A stretch of DNA of 64,000 nt from an uncultured Candidatus Saccharibacteria bacterium (GTDB taxonomy: Bacteria; Patescibacteriota; Minisyncoccia; UBA6257; 2-01-FULL-56-20): contig CAYUBE010000001.1 in assembly GCA_964442965.1 (NCBI GenBank), positions 3,301 through 67,300 of the forward strand. Reading direction: 5' to 3'. Positions 29,097 through 39,529 of this stretch are shown piece after piece; the stretch's first letter is position 1; the number at the start of each line of letters is the position of its first letter. Made by a program: the position numbers and the translations under genes. Under the pieces are notes generated by a model. The model worked only from the letters and a program-made list of their open reading frames with translations. It ran no database searches and was not told where the DNA came from.

Positions 29097-29642
29097 ATGC
29101 GGGAGAATAATTACGCGTTTATTGATAGCCAGAACGTGAACCTTGGCATTCGCGCGCTCGGGTGGCAATTGGATTTCAGAAAATTCAGGACTTACTTAGA
29201 GGATAAATATAGCGTCACGAAGGCGTATCTTTTTATCGGCTATATTCCCCAAAATGAGCGAATGTATACCGCGCTCCGAAGTTTTGGTTATGTGTTGGTC
29301 TTCAAGCCGACATTAAAAAATGAGCGAGGAATTATAAAAGGGAATTGCGATGGCGAGCTTATTCTACAGGCGATGATTGATTATCCGAATTATGAAAAGG
29401 CCGTCATTGTGACAGGGGATGGCGATTTTTACTGTCTTGCAAGATACCTTTGGCAGTATCATAAGCTATCAAAGATACTCATTCCCGACAAAGATCGTTA
29501 TTCTTCGCTTCTTAAAGATTTTAGTATTCCGGAAAACAATATGCTCGATTTCATGAATTCTCTTAAAAATAAATTAGAATATCTTTCAAATGAAAAAGGC
29601 TCTCGTCGGGACGAAACCCTTAGAGAACCTTTCTCGTCGTGA
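29097..29642 (+). CDS. NYN-domain (LabA-like) putative ribonuclease
   Basis: AFIDSQNVNLGIR..KAYLFIGY...VIVTGDGDF NYN pattern. Confidence 0.75.
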   Translation: MRENNYAFIDSQNVNLGIRALGWQLDFRKFRTYLEDKYSVTKAYLFIGYIPQNERMYTALRSFGYVLVFKPTLKNERGIIKGNCDGELILQAMIDYPNYEKAVIVTGDGDFYCLARYLWQYHKLSKILIPDKDRYSSLLKDFSIPENNMLDFMNSLKNKLEYLSNEKGSRRDETLREPFSS

Positions 29643-29721
29643 TTGCCTTTATGGTAGACGAACTGATGCGGTTCGTCAAATTGCGTTTAATGATTTTTTA
29701 ATGCCTGAGCATTGGGAATCG

Positions 29722-29746
29722 GTCATTCCGAGCTTTGCGAGGAATC
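29722..29746 (+). repeat. repeat family variant GTCATTCCGAGCTTTGCGAGGAATC
   Basis: 24/25 identical to 38596-38620. Confidence 0.55.
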
Positions 29747-29875
29747 TTTTCTTTGTTCTTATGGGGCTAATTCGCACGAATTGGTCCCATAAGGAATTTT
29801 TGGATGGCAAAACACAGAATTTGACAGAATCCAATAGTTTGTTCTATATTTATCTCCAGTAAGCCATCATTTTAA

Positions 29876-30553
29876 GTGATGGTATTTAAAAAATATAAAC
29901 AGAAAGGAACCGCCATGAAAAAGAATCATGGAACCGCCTTGCTCCACGTTGATGGGGCGTACGTAGAATTTCAGCAGGCAGTAATTCGCGCACTGCCGAG
30001 AGATATCCCTTGTGATATTGCTCTGGGATGGCAAAGAAACGGGGAAGGACTCACAAAAGTTCTTCGCGAAGCTTTGCTTCCGCCAGCAGAAGAGGATTTC
30101 CTCCGCGAAACCGGAGAACTTTCAATTCAAATTCCGGCCTTGAAGCGACCAACACTAAAGCAGCTTCAGGAAAAATGGTCTTGGATAGAGTCCATCGAAC
30201 GGGATAATTCGACCGAAGAATCGGTAACACTTAATCTGGCAACGGTTCTCCGCGTTGACGAAAAAAATTTAATCAACAACAAAGAATATGAACGTCGCCT
30301 TTCCCCAAATATCTCCCGGCTACTCGGTTGCCAGCATTTTGAATGGTTAGTTAGTCATCAGGATGAATATCCCGTCTTCATGAATTTACTCGGAAAAATC
30401 TATATCGACTTTCCAGGGCTTGTCGCGCTGGGCAAGGATGGCTTCCGTGGCGTCCCGTATAGCAATCAGAATGGCGAGCGTTGGGGCGCGAGCTGGCGCT
30501 GGCTTAGCGGTAACTTCCATCAGAACGGGCGTGTTGCCGTGTCCAGCAAATAA
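29876..30553 (+). CDS. hypothetical protein
   Basis: 225-aa ORF, no recognised domain. Confidence 0.4.
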   Translation: MMVFKKYKQKGTAMKKNHGTALLHVDGAYVEFQQAVIRALPRDIPCDIALGWQRNGEGLTKVLREALLPPAEEDFLRETGELSIQIPALKRPTLKQLQEKWSWIESIERDNSTEESVTLNLATVLRVDEKNLINNKEYERRLSPNISRLLGCQHFEWLVSHQDEYPVFMNLLGKIYIDFPGLVALGKDGFRGVPYSNQNGERWGASWRWLSGNFHQNGRVAVSSK

Positions 30554-30660
30554 CAAAACCTTCGAACTTGGGTGTTTGGGAATTTCGGTCCCCCCACCTC
30601 CTTTATTCTCGGGTTTCTGGCTCCGCAGTGAATACTGTTGGAGCCCTTTTTTATGAAAAG

Positions 30661-31695
30661 CTAGTTATCTTTTTTCTCCGTGAATTTTTTCCACGAATCG
30701 GTGACGAGGCCGCCGGTCGGGGCGAGCTCGGCTTTGATCGTAGGATGCGGATCATAACCCTCGATTTTCGCGTGTTCAGGTTTGAATTCATCGATGGTTT
30801 TAAACGATGGGTCGAGGACAAGCTTTGGCAATGGCTTTGGCTCACGCGCAAGCTGTTCCTTCACGGCATCCTTATGATTATCATAAATATGGACGTCGCC
30901 GAAGGTGTGGATGAATTCGCCCGGCTGGTTGCCCGTTACCTGTGCGAGGATTGCGGTGAGAAGGGAATAGCTTGCGATGTTGAACGGCACGCCGAGGAAG
31001 GTGTCAGCCGAACGCTGATAGAGATGAAGCGATAATTTTCCGTTCTTCACGTTGCATTGCCACATGTTGTGGCAGATCGGGAAGCGGCACGCCTCCTCAG
31101 GAAGTGCCATTTCATAGAGATATTCCGGGTCCCATGCGGAAACGAGGGCATTGTGCGCGTCAGGATCTTTTTTCAGATCATTTACGAGCCATTGAACCTG
31201 ATCCACGGTCCGGCCATTCTTCCCTGGCCAGCGGCGCCAGAGTTCGCCGTAGATGTGCGGCAGTTCGCCGTAAGTTTTAGCGAAAGTTTCATCGCTCGCG
31301 AGCTTCGCGATAAATTCGTCTTTTGTGAGCGGTGGCAGCCCACCGCAATCCATTTTTTCGCGATAGATCTTGTACGGATAGTCGTCCCAGATATGGACGT
31401 TATTGTCCACGAGGTATTTGATGTTCGATTGGCCGGACAAGAACCACGCAAGCTCGTAAAGCACGCCTTTCCAATAAACTTTTTTCGTGGTGAGAAGGGG
31501 AAATCCTTCGCCGAGATCAAAGCGGAGCTGGCGGCCGAAAACGCTCCACGTGACCGCGCCGGTTCCCTTATCTTCCTGCCGCTCGCCATGGTCCAAGATG
31601 TCTTGCAGGAGATCAAGATATTGATATTCAGGATGCCGATGATTTGGTGAAGTTTCCATTAGCTCCAGTTTATCACGAATGAGCATCTGTGCCAA
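30661..31695 (-). CDS. thyA: thymidylate synthase (long form)
   Basis: FPLLTTKK, ..ICHNMWQ.., LSLHLYQRSADTFLGVPFNIASYSLLT motifs. Confidence 0.9.
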   Translation of the reverse strand: MAQMLIRDKLELMETSPNHRHPEYQYLDLLQDILDHGERQEDKGTGAVTWSVFGRQLRFDLGEGFPLLTTKKVYWKGVLYELAWFLSGQSNIKYLVDNNVHIWDDYPYKIYREKMDCGGLPPLTKDEFIAKLASDETFAKTYGELPHIYGELWRRWPGKNGRTVDQVQWLVNDLKKDPDAHNALVSAWDPEYLYEMALPEEACRFPICHNMWQCNVKNGKLSLHLYQRSADTFLGVPFNIASYSLLTAILAQVTGNQPGEFIHTFGDVHIYDNHKDAVKEQLAREPKPLPKLVLDPSFKTIDEFKPEHAKIEGYDPHPTIKAELAPTGGLVTDSWKKFTEKKDN

Positions 31696-31711
31696 AGCAA
31701 TAAAAGACCCG

Positions 31712-32188
31712 CTAATTATAAGCGGGTTTTTTTAAATATTTTTTAACGTGCTCTATCCCTGCTGCGTCATAGAAGGATAGAAAAGAAAAGATTTCTCGTT
31801 TAGCGGCTTCGACGCCATCAGAAGCATGCACCGTATTGAACGGCCCGCCGGCGCTCATAAAGTCATGCCGGATAGTTCCGGAAACCGCTTGTTGTGGGTC
31901 TCTGGCTCCGTTTATTTCCCGAATACGCCTGACGACATCTTTGCCTTGTAATATCAGGCCAACTACGGGGCCGCTCGACATGGCAAGTGTTAACCCGGTA
32001 TAGAAGGGCTTATTACTGTGCTCTTTGTAAAATCTGCCTGCCTTTTCCCGCGTCATAGTGATGGGCGGGAATATCATGACAGGTTCCAGTCCTGCGTCAG
32101 TATATCTTTTTATAATTGCCTCGACCCAATTGTTCGCAACGGCGTCGGGTTTTATGAGGACGAAAGTTTGCTCTAGTTCGGGACCCAT
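31712..32188 (-). CDS. ndk: nucleoside diphosphate kinase
   Basis: FVLIKPDAV start, NDK active-site region. Confidence 0.9.
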   Translation of the reverse strand: MGPELEQTFVLIKPDAVANNWVEAIIKRYTDAGLEPVMIFPPITMTREKAGRFYKEHSNKPFYTGLTLAMSSGPVVGLILQGKDVVRRIREINGARDPQQAVSGTIRHDFMSAGGPFNTVHASDGVEAAKREIFSFLSFYDAAGIEHVKKYLKKPAYN

Positions 32189-32285
32189 ACAGGCCTCCTT
32201 TCTTTTTTATTGTTTAATATATAACTACTAAAAATAAACGTAGCACGCTTTTGCGCACATGACAAGAAAAAACGAGCAAGCAAAC

Positions 32286-32960
32286 TTACTCTATCGTAAA
32301 TACTTTTTCGGTGCCGTAATATTCCGGCCAGTGGGCGTTGTAGTAGGCGAACATCCGTGCGAGGCGTTCCTGCTTGAGTTCCTCGCATCCGACGCTCTGC
32401 ATGAGCTTGCGGAGATTCGCTTTTGTTTCGTCGGCACGCGCAGGATCGGTTTCGATGGATTCGAATTCTGCTAGATAACCATAACCGGCGTTGCGATCGA
32501 TCGTGACATTCACGCCGGAAAATTTATATTCGGTCCGCTCGCGTGACCATTTTGATTGATAGGTAAAACCGGCAGCGAGAATCACATTGTCGAGGTCGTC
32601 AAGCGACATATCTATTTTTTCTTCGAATTCCCGACGTGCCGTGCCATTCGTGCTCGTGGTGTCATCAATCGAAGCTTTCAGAACGAGGAACACGGCGCCG
32701 TCGGCGTCGCGCGTACGGAGCGAAATTTCTTTTGCCTTCGTTGCAACGTCGAGAAACGTCGAGCGAACGCTTTCATCTTTTAAAACCTCTGCGACTTTCT
32801 TGAAATCGCCGTTGCCTTGGAAATAATGATTGAGTTGCCGATGAGACCCGATGCTTTTGAGTTCTGGATCTGTTGCCTTCATTTTCGCTTCCAGGATTTC
32901 CGCGTTTTCGCGGCTGCCGAGAAGAGATTTGATCTCTATTTCGTATTGTTCGTTATTCAT
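32286..32960 (-). CDS. CYTH-domain protein (CyaB/triphosphatase-like)
   Basis: N-terminal YEIEIK (ExExK) signature. Confidence 0.7.
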   Translation of the reverse strand: MNNEQYEIEIKSLLGSRENAEILEAKMKATDPELKSIGSHRQLNHYFQGNGDFKKVAEVLKDESVRSTFLDVATKAKEISLRTRDADGAVFLVLKASIDDTTSTNGTARREFEEKIDMSLDDLDNVILAAGFTYQSKWSRERTEYKFSGVNVTIDRNAGYGYLAEFESIETDPARADETKANLRKLMQSVGCEELKQERLARMFAYYNAHWPEYYGTEKVFTIE

Positions 32961-33028
32961 AATTATAAAAAAATGTTTTTTTACTTGCTTATTTAACTAA
33001 ATAAGCAAGTGAGATTATTTTTCTCAGT

Positions 33029-33631
33029 TCACTGCGATTTTTTGTCATCTATTTCTTTCCCTTCGACATCCTGCGAAAGTTTCGAGGCGAGCGGCTGTTC
33101 CTGTCCGGCATACTTGTTTCCTTTTTTGAGATAGTAGGGCACGTCAACTTTGCTCGACACTTCTTCAAAGGTAAACGAGCAGACGCGCATGCCGGGGTGA
33201 AGGAGCACCGGGACCACGCCGAGGTTGCCAAGCTCCATCACGGGCTTCCCGCGCCATCCCGGATCGAACACCGACGCCGTGCCGTGGACGATGATGCCGA
33301 GCCGGCCGAGCGAACTGCGCCCTTCAATGCGCCCTACAAGATTATCCGCGATCTCAAGCCATTCGCGTGTCGTCGCGAGGACGAGTTCACCGGGCTGGAG
33401 CGTGATCGCTTCATCATCCGGAACCGTGAAGGTTTCCATGATCTCATCAATGTTTTGCGCGGTGCGGGCATCGATGAAAGGGATCTTTGAGCGGCGGAAT
33501 GTTCGGAATTCATTGCCGAGATGGAGATCGAGCGAGCATGAACCGAGCTGGGTCGAAAAATCGGGCGTTGGGGTAAGCTTGATGCGGCCATCAGCAAGGG
33601 CCTTTTTGATGTCACGGTCGGAAAGAATCAT
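33029..33631 (-). CDS. dcd: dCTP deaminase
   Basis: MILSDRDIKKAL..., dUTPase-like fold motifs. Confidence 0.9.
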   Translation of the reverse strand: MILSDRDIKKALADGRIKLTPTPDFSTQLGSCSLDLHLGNEFRTFRRSKIPFIDARTAQNIDEIMETFTVPDDEAITLQPGELVLATTREWLEIADNLVGRIEGRSSLGRLGIIVHGTASVFDPGWRGKPVMELGNLGVVPVLLHPGMRVCSFTFEEVSSKVDVPYYLKKGNKYAGQEQPLASKLSQDVEGKEIDDKKSQ

Positions 33632-33816
33632 GGAGTAAGTATATCGCGCCGTGCGGTGCGAGGCAATGCGTGGTAAAATTGCGCTATGGTGTAACAGGGA
33701 TCATATTATCTTTGCGAGGTTTTTTTATTCTCATGTTCTTAAGAATATGAGAATAAAAACGTTAGCAGAAACCTGGATTCCGTGTCGGGGTACGGAACGA
33801 CAGAGCAGGGCTTGAT

Positions 33817-35085
33817 ATGATACAAATTTTAAAAACTACTACCATGAAGGACAAAAAAATAGAGACTCTTATCAAGAAGGAAACAAAGCGACAAAACGAT
33901 ACGCTCGGCATGATTCCGTCCGAGAATATCGTGTCCCATGAAGTGCGTGAAGCCTTAGGATCGGTGTTGACGAATAAGTATGCCGAGGGATATCCGCATG
34001 CGCGCTATTATTGCGGCAACGAAGTGGTGGATGAGCTTGAAGATCTTTGCCGTGAGCGGGCGCTTGGGGCATTCGGTCTCTCGGGAAAAAAATGGCATGC
34101 GAACGTTCAACCGTATTCCGGGTCGCCCGCAAACCTCGCGGTCTATCTGGCCCTTGTCCCGCCCGGTGAAAAAATCATGGGGCTTCAGCTCGACATGGGC
34201 GGACATCTTACGCACGGCCATAAAGTGAGCGCGACGGGAAAATTCTGGAAAGCGGTGCAGTACGGCGTTGATCCGAAAACGGAAAAGCTCGATTACGGCG
34301 CGATCGCCAAGATGGCGGAACGGGAACAGCCGAAGATCATTGTTGCGGGATATACGGCGTATCCGCGCATTATCGACTTCAAAAAGTTCCGCGCTATCGC
34401 GGATTCGGTCGGCGCGTATCTTCTGGTCGATATGTCTCATGTCGCCGGCCTCGTCGCGGGGAAAGCATATCCGTCGCCGTTTCCGTATGCGGACGTCGTG
34501 ATGGCGACGACGCACAAGACATTGCGCGGCCCGCGCGGGGCAATCCTTTTTGCAAACCGGGAATCGAAGATCGCAGCAAAGAACGGAGTCGACATTCCCA
34601 AATTGCTTGATCGTGCGGTATTTCCGGGACTTCAAGGCGGACCGCATATGAATCAGATTGCGGGAACGGCGGTCGCTCTTTTCGAAGCTCAACGGCCGGC
34701 GTTCGGAAAATATGCGGTGCAGGTGGTAAAAAATGCAAAGGCACTCGCGAATGAGCTCTCGCGCCTCGGCTGGCGGGTTGTTTCCGGTGGCACTGACACG
34801 CATCTGGTGCTGTTTGAAGTCGCCTCGAAGGGCATTGGCGGCCAGGAGGCGAGTGTGCGGCTTGAAGCAAACGGCATCGTCACAAATAAAAACACCATTC
34901 CATACGACACGAATCCACCGGCAAATCCATCGGGAATCCGCCTCGGTACGCCGTCTCTTTCAACGCGCGGCATGAAAGAAAAGGAAATGAAAACCGTGGC
35001 GCGGCTGATCCATGCCGTGCTCGCGGAGAATAAGAATGTGAAACGCGAAGTCCTTGCGCTGACTAAAAAATTCCCGATCAAGTAA
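33817..35085 (+). CDS. glyA: serine hydroxymethyltransferase
   Basis: PLP-lysine region TTHKTLRGPRG, full-length SHMT. Confidence 0.95.
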   Translation: MIQILKTTTMKDKKIETLIKKETKRQNDTLGMIPSENIVSHEVREALGSVLTNKYAEGYPHARYYCGNEVVDELEDLCRERALGAFGLSGKKWHANVQPYSGSPANLAVYLALVPPGEKIMGLQLDMGGHLTHGHKVSATGKFWKAVQYGVDPKTEKLDYGAIAKMAEREQPKIIVAGYTAYPRIIDFKKFRAIADSVGAYLLVDMSHVAGLVAGKAYPSPFPYADVVMATTHKTLRGPRGAILFANRESKIAAKNGVDIPKLLDRAVFPGLQGGPHMNQIAGTAVALFEAQRPAFGKYAVQVVKNAKALANELSRLGWRVVSGGTDTHLVLFEVASKGIGGQEASVRLEANGIVTNKNTIPYDTNPPANPSGIRLGTPSLSTRGMKEKEMKTVARLIHAVLAENKNVKREVLALTKKFPIK

Positions 35086-35104
35086 CGGGAGGTAGGTGTA
35101 TTTT

Positions 35105-36430
35105 TTATTCGCCCGTCTTGGTTACGGCGGTCTTGACGGTTCTCAAGATAATGAGCGCGTCGAAAATGAGAGATCGATTTTCGAGATAATAGATGTCGTA
35201 TTGGAGTTTTTCACTTACGTCATCCAGGTCGCGGTCGGCATGATGGTTGATTTGCGCCCATCCGGTGAGTCCGGGCTTGAGAATGAGCCGTATTTCGTAG
35301 TAGGGGATTTTCTTTTTCAATTCTGAGACAAATTCGGGGCGCTCCGGCCGCGGGCCGACAAAGGAAATGTCACCGCGGATGATGTTCCAAAGCTGGGGCA
35401 GTTCGTCGAGGTGGCTCGCGCGGAGGAATTTTCCAAATGCCGTCACACGCGCGTCGTTCGAACCCGACGACCACTGTGCGCCATGCTTTTCCGCGTCGTT
35501 CCGCATAGTGCGGAATTTATAGAGCATGAATGGTTGTCCGTTTTGTCCCATGCGAAGCTGGCGATAAATCACGGGGCCGGGCGATGAGAGTTTAACGATG
35601 AGCGCGATGAGAATTTCAAAAGGAAGTAAAACGACCCCGACGATGAGCGCGAAAACAAATTCTGCGGCGCGCTTCAGGGAATCATAATATTTTCCAGCTC
35701 CTTCGATGTTTTCCAGGAACCAAGTTTCTTCGATGTCGGTGAGCGGCACTTTTCGCAGGACGCGCTCATAAAGATCGGCGATGTCGATGACCAGGATGCC
35801 TTTGCCAAAAAGCGTATAGAGCGCGAGCGCGAACGCGGATTCTTTTTTCAAATGGCGCGGCACGGCAATGATGTTGGCGTGGGATTCCGCAACCGCTCGC
35901 TCAAGCGCGGCGGGATCATTCTGTTCGTGAATTTGCTGGACGATGGCGTACCCGAATTGCGGGTTTTCGCGGATGGTTTTTACGATTTCGTCCGCGACCA
36001 GATCGTCGCCTACCAGAACGATCCTGTTGGGCGCCTCTCCGGAAGCGAGGAATGTATTTGCCAAGCGCCGCCAAATGATCTCGATCACGACAAAGATGAG
36101 GAAAAATATGAACAGGTTTGTTTTTGGCGCGATGCCGAAAGCGGGGATGAAATAAAAGAGCAGGATGGCGAGTGTCGCGTTCAAGGCGGTGGCGAGCGCA
36201 AGCGTCCTTAAAAAATCAATATTATTATGAAGCCGCCGAAGGTCGTAGAGCCCTGCGATATAAAAAAGGATAACCCACAAAATAAAAATGATGGTAAACG
36301 GGACGACATGAACGTCCACGAATTGCTCATAAAATCCCGATCCATAGCGCAGGGCGAGGGTCGCCAAAAGGGAAGCGTAGAGCGCCACGATATCACCAAA
36401 GAGAAGAAAGAACGTTTTTATGCGGTTCAT
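35105..36430 (-). CDS. polyprenyl-phosphate sugar phosphotransferase (bacterial sugar transferase, WbaP-like)
   Basis: C-terminal PGPVIYRQLRMGQNGQPFMLYKFRTM domain, multiple TM helices. Confidence 0.85.
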   Translation of the reverse strand: MNRIKTFFLLFGDIVALYASLLATLALRYGSGFYEQFVDVHVVPFTIIFILWVILFYIAGLYDLRRLHNNIDFLRTLALATALNATLAILLFYFIPAFGIAPKTNLFIFFLIFVVIEIIWRRLANTFLASGEAPNRIVLVGDDLVADEIVKTIRENPQFGYAIVQQIHEQNDPAALERAVAESHANIIAVPRHLKKESAFALALYTLFGKGILVIDIADLYERVLRKVPLTDIEETWFLENIEGAGKYYDSLKRAAEFVFALIVGVVLLPFEILIALIVKLSSPGPVIYRQLRMGQNGQPFMLYKFRTMRNDAEKHGAQWSSGSNDARVTAFGKFLRASHLDELPQLWNIIRGDISFVGPRPERPEFVSELKKKIPYYEIRLILKPGLTGWAQINHHADRDLDDVSEKLQYDIYYLENRSLIFDALIILRTVKTAVTKTGE

Positions 36431-36503
36431 TTGCGGGAACGGATTTGTTTTTTACTATAACACAAAACTGACAAAAAAGTTAAAACAGTGATATGATAAA
36501 AAA

Positions 36504-37322
36504 ATGGAAATGATAGACGGAAAGGCGATTGCGGATAATATCCTGAAAAAACTGAAAGTTCGTCTCGTGCCGAAGAAATTTTTCGGTGCGGTTTTGGTTG
36601 GCGACGATAAAAGCTCGGTGAGTTTTTTGAAGCAGAAAGAAAAAACAGCCAAGGAGCTTGGTATCGATTTTCGGCTTTATCGTTTTTCTGAGACGATCCA
36701 AAATGACGAGCTTCGGCAAGAGGTCGGGAAGATCGCCGCGCATAAAACCTGCGGCGGAGCGCTGATCCAGTTGCCGTTACCCGCACATCTGAATCAGCAA
36801 TACATTCTGAACGCAATTCCAAAGGAAAAAGACGTCGATGTTCTTTCGGAGCGTGCCATAGGGGCTTTTTACGCGGACCGTAGCATTCTTCTTCCGCCCG
36901 CCGTCGGAGTGGTGGAAGAGCTTATCGCAAATCGCAAGTTGCAAATCGCTCACTGTTCCGTAGCCGTCGTCGGCCTCGGTTTCTTGGTGGGCAGGCCGGT
37001 CGCGAATTGGATCATGCGGCGCGCGAAGGAAACATTGCTTCTCCGAAGCGTGAGCGATCTTGGTTTTTTGAAATATGCTGACATTGTGGTTACGAGCGTT
37101 GGAAAGGCAGGTCTTATCGTGCCCGATATGCTGAAGGACGGCGCTGGCGTTATTGATTTCGGTTACGGAATACTCGACGGAAAATATTCCGGCGATCTCG
37201 ATACGAGGGAATTAGCGATGAGCGATTCGCGATTGGCGTTTTATACGCCGACTCCGGGCGGCACTGGTCCAATTGATGTGGCAAAGCTGTTCGAAAATTT
37301 CTACGAATTGAATAGGGAATAG
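36504..37322 (+). CDS. folD: bifunctional methylenetetrahydrofolate dehydrogenase/cyclohydrolase
   Basis: FolD N-terminal catalytic and NAD(P)-binding domains. Confidence 0.85.
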   Translation: MEMIDGKAIADNILKKLKVRLVPKKFFGAVLVGDDKSSVSFLKQKEKTAKELGIDFRLYRFSETIQNDELRQEVGKIAAHKTCGGALIQLPLPAHLNQQYILNAIPKEKDVDVLSERAIGAFYADRSILLPPAVGVVEELIANRKLQIAHCSVAVVGLGFLVGRPVANWIMRRAKETLLLRSVSDLGFLKYADIVVTSVGKAGLIVPDMLKDGAGVIDFGYGILDGKYSGDLDTRELAMSDSRLAFYTPTPGGTGPIDVAKLFENFYELNRE

Positions 37323-37330
37323 GAAAATAT

Positions 37331-38578
37331 CTATTCGTACCGCAGTGCTTCGATAGGACTCTTTTTGCCGGCTTGGCGCGCAGGGTAGATGCCGAACGCG
37401 ACGCCGCAGGCGGTTGAAACGAAAACTGCGATGATGACAGCCGATAACGGGAACTCGAATGTCCAGCCGCCGGCAATAACGTGCGAGAGAACAAGCCATG
37501 CGAGCGAGACGAATGCGGCCCCGAGTGCGATGCCGATCACGCCGCCGAGGAAAGTGAGCATGACCGATTCGATGAGAAATTGCTGGAGGATATCGCGGTC
37601 GGTCGCGCCGACGGCTTTTCTGAGGCCGATCTCGCGCGTCCGTTCAATGACCGAAACAAGCATGATGTTCATGATGCCGATGCCGCCGACGATGAGCGAG
37701 ATCGAAGCGATGGCGGCAAGGAAGAGCGTCATGACGGAGGTGATGCTGCCGAGGAGCGACAGGATATCCTGCTGGGTCTCGATCGTAAAATCATCTTTGT
37801 TGGAATTCGTGATACCGTGATCGTGTTCAAGGACAGATTGAATGCGCGATTTCACGAAGGAGATGTCGTACGCGGGATTCGCCGAAGCAAAGATATAGTT
37901 GAAATAGGTGATGCCGAGCATCTGGCTCTGGGCGACGGTGATCGGAACAATGGCGAGGTCGTCCTGATTTACGCCGCCCGGGCCAGTGCCTTTCGGTGAT
38001 AGAACGCCGACCACATGGAAGGTTGTATTTTTCAGGCGGATATCTTTGCCGACTGGATTGATATTTGGCCCAAAGAGAGTGGTCGCAAGATCGGAGCCGA
38101 TGACCACGACATGGTTATAGGCGGCGACATCGGCGTCGCTGAAAGGATAACCGTTTGCCACGGTAAAGTTTCGCACCGGAAAAAAGTTTGCAGTTGTGCC
38201 TTGATAGGTCACCGTGAGATCGTTGTCGCCGTACACCGCATCCGCTTGGCCGCCAACGAGCGGCACCACGGCTGAAATGGATGGTTCACGCGAGAGCGCA
38301 TCGACATCCTGCTGAACCAGGCTCGTGATCACGATGCCTTGCGATTGCGCAGGGGATTGGAATCGGCCGTTGTTGGTTCCTCCTGGGATGATGAAGATGA
38401 GGTTCGAGCCGATGCCCTGGACCTGGCCTAAGATATAATCCTGCGCCGATTGGCCGATCGACATCAGAATGATAACGGACGCGATGCCGATCACAATGCC
38501 AAGCATGGTTAAGGCCGATCGCATCTTGCCGTGATGCAGGCTGTCGAGTGCCGAGTTGAATGAATCCTTGATGCGCAT
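37331..38578 (-). CDS. ABC transporter permease, FtsX/MacB-like
   Basis: MacB periplasmic domain + 4 TM FtsX-like domain. Confidence 0.85.
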   Translation of the reverse strand: MRIKDSFNSALDSLHHGKMRSALTMLGIVIGIASVIILMSIGQSAQDYILGQVQGIGSNLIFIIPGGTNNGRFQSPAQSQGIVITSLVQQDVDALSREPSISAVVPLVGGQADAVYGDNDLTVTYQGTTANFFPVRNFTVANGYPFSDADVAAYNHVVVIGSDLATTLFGPNINPVGKDIRLKNTTFHVVGVLSPKGTGPGGVNQDDLAIVPITVAQSQMLGITYFNYIFASANPAYDISFVKSRIQSVLEHDHGITNSNKDDFTIETQQDILSLLGSITSVMTLFLAAIASISLIVGGIGIMNIMLVSVIERTREIGLRKAVGATDRDILQQFLIESVMLTFLGGVIGIALGAAFVSLAWLVLSHVIAGGWTFEFPLSAVIIAVFVSTACGVAFGIYPARQAGKKSPIEALRYE

Positions 38579-38595
38579 GAGATTAGTTATGTAGT

Positions 38596-38620
38596 GTCAT
38601 TCCGAGCTGTGCGAGGAATC
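38596..38620 (+). repeat. repeat family variant GTCATTCCGAGCTGTGCGAGGAATC, followed by hairpin GACCGCGC-taa-GCGCGGTC
   Basis: intergenic within ABC operon. Confidence 0.55.
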
Positions 38621-38685
38621 TTTTTTTAAAGAGAGGATCCTTCGTTCCGCCATTGCGGGACTCAGGATGACCGCGCTAAGCGCGG

Positions 38686-39399
38686 TCATTTGAAGAATTC
38701 ATCTTTCGACCTTCTTGGTTTTGCGACTGGTGTATCGCTTTCGATGAGACCGTCCCTGATGCGAATGATGCGATCGGCGAATTCCGCGGTATAGGTCTCA
38801 TGCGTCACGAGTATGACCGTGTGGCCCTTTTTGTTCAGATCGTCGAGGATGCCCATGACCTGCGCACCGGATTTTGAGTCGAGGTTGCCGGTCGGTTCAT
38901 CGGCGAAGATGACGTTGGGCTTGTTCACGAGCGCGCGGGCGATCGCGACGCGTTGTTTCTGGCCGCCGGAGAGCCGGCCTGCCTCGCTCCATAGTTTTTC
39001 TTCGAGGCCGACCGAGCGCACGGCGTCTTCAACCATTTCTTTCCTTGCCGTAACAGGCAGGTCGAGCGCATAGAGCAGGGGAATCTCGACGTTCTCATAA
39101 ACCGAAAGCCGTGAGAGAAGATTGAACGCTTGAAACACAAATCCCATATCCTTGTTGCGCACGTGAGCCAGCTCCTGGTCGGACATGTCGTCGATGCTTT
39201 TTCCGAAGAAGGCGTAGCGCCCGCCGGTCGGCCGGTCGAGAAAACTGAGGATTTGAAGCAGGGTCGATTTTCCTGAACCGGACGGGCCGATGATCGAGAC
39301 GAAATCGCCTTGATTTATCGAAAAGGAAATGCCTCCGAGCGCGGAGGTCACCGTGCCGTCGTCGATATAATCTTTCTTGAGGTCTTTGACGTCGATCAT
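38686..39399 (-). CDS. ABC transporter ATP-binding protein (MacB/LolD-type)
   Basis: Walker [10 protein letters not shown], signature [15 protein letters not shown]. Confidence 0.9.
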   Translation of the reverse strand: MIDVKDLKKDYIDDGTVTSALGGISFSINQGDFVSIIGPSGSGKSTLLQILSFLDRPTGGRYAFFGKSIDDMSDQELAHVRNKDMGFVFQAFNLLSRLSVYENVEIPLLYALDLPVTARKEMVEDAVRSVGLEEKLWSEAGRLSGGQKQRVAIARALVNKPNVIFADEPTGNLDSKSGAQVMGILDDLNKKGHTVILVTHETYTAEFADRIIRIRDGLIESDTPVAKPRRSKDEFFK

Positions 39400-39411
39400 G
39401 AAATGAATTTT

Positions 39412-39476
39412 GTCATTCCGGCGAAAGCCGGAATCCAGGTTTTATGTTACTCGTTTTCCTGAGAGTTCTGGATCCG
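39412..39476 (+). repeat. intergenic repeat family copy (GTCATTCCGGCGAAAGCCGGAATCCAGG ... CTGGATCCG)
   Basis: two-hairpin architecture shared with 60543 and 61886 copies. Confidence 0.6.
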
Positions 39477-39529
39477 TTTTTCAACGGGATAACCCGATGG
39501 CATTTTGGGGTGAACCCGTCGGGGCGTGG

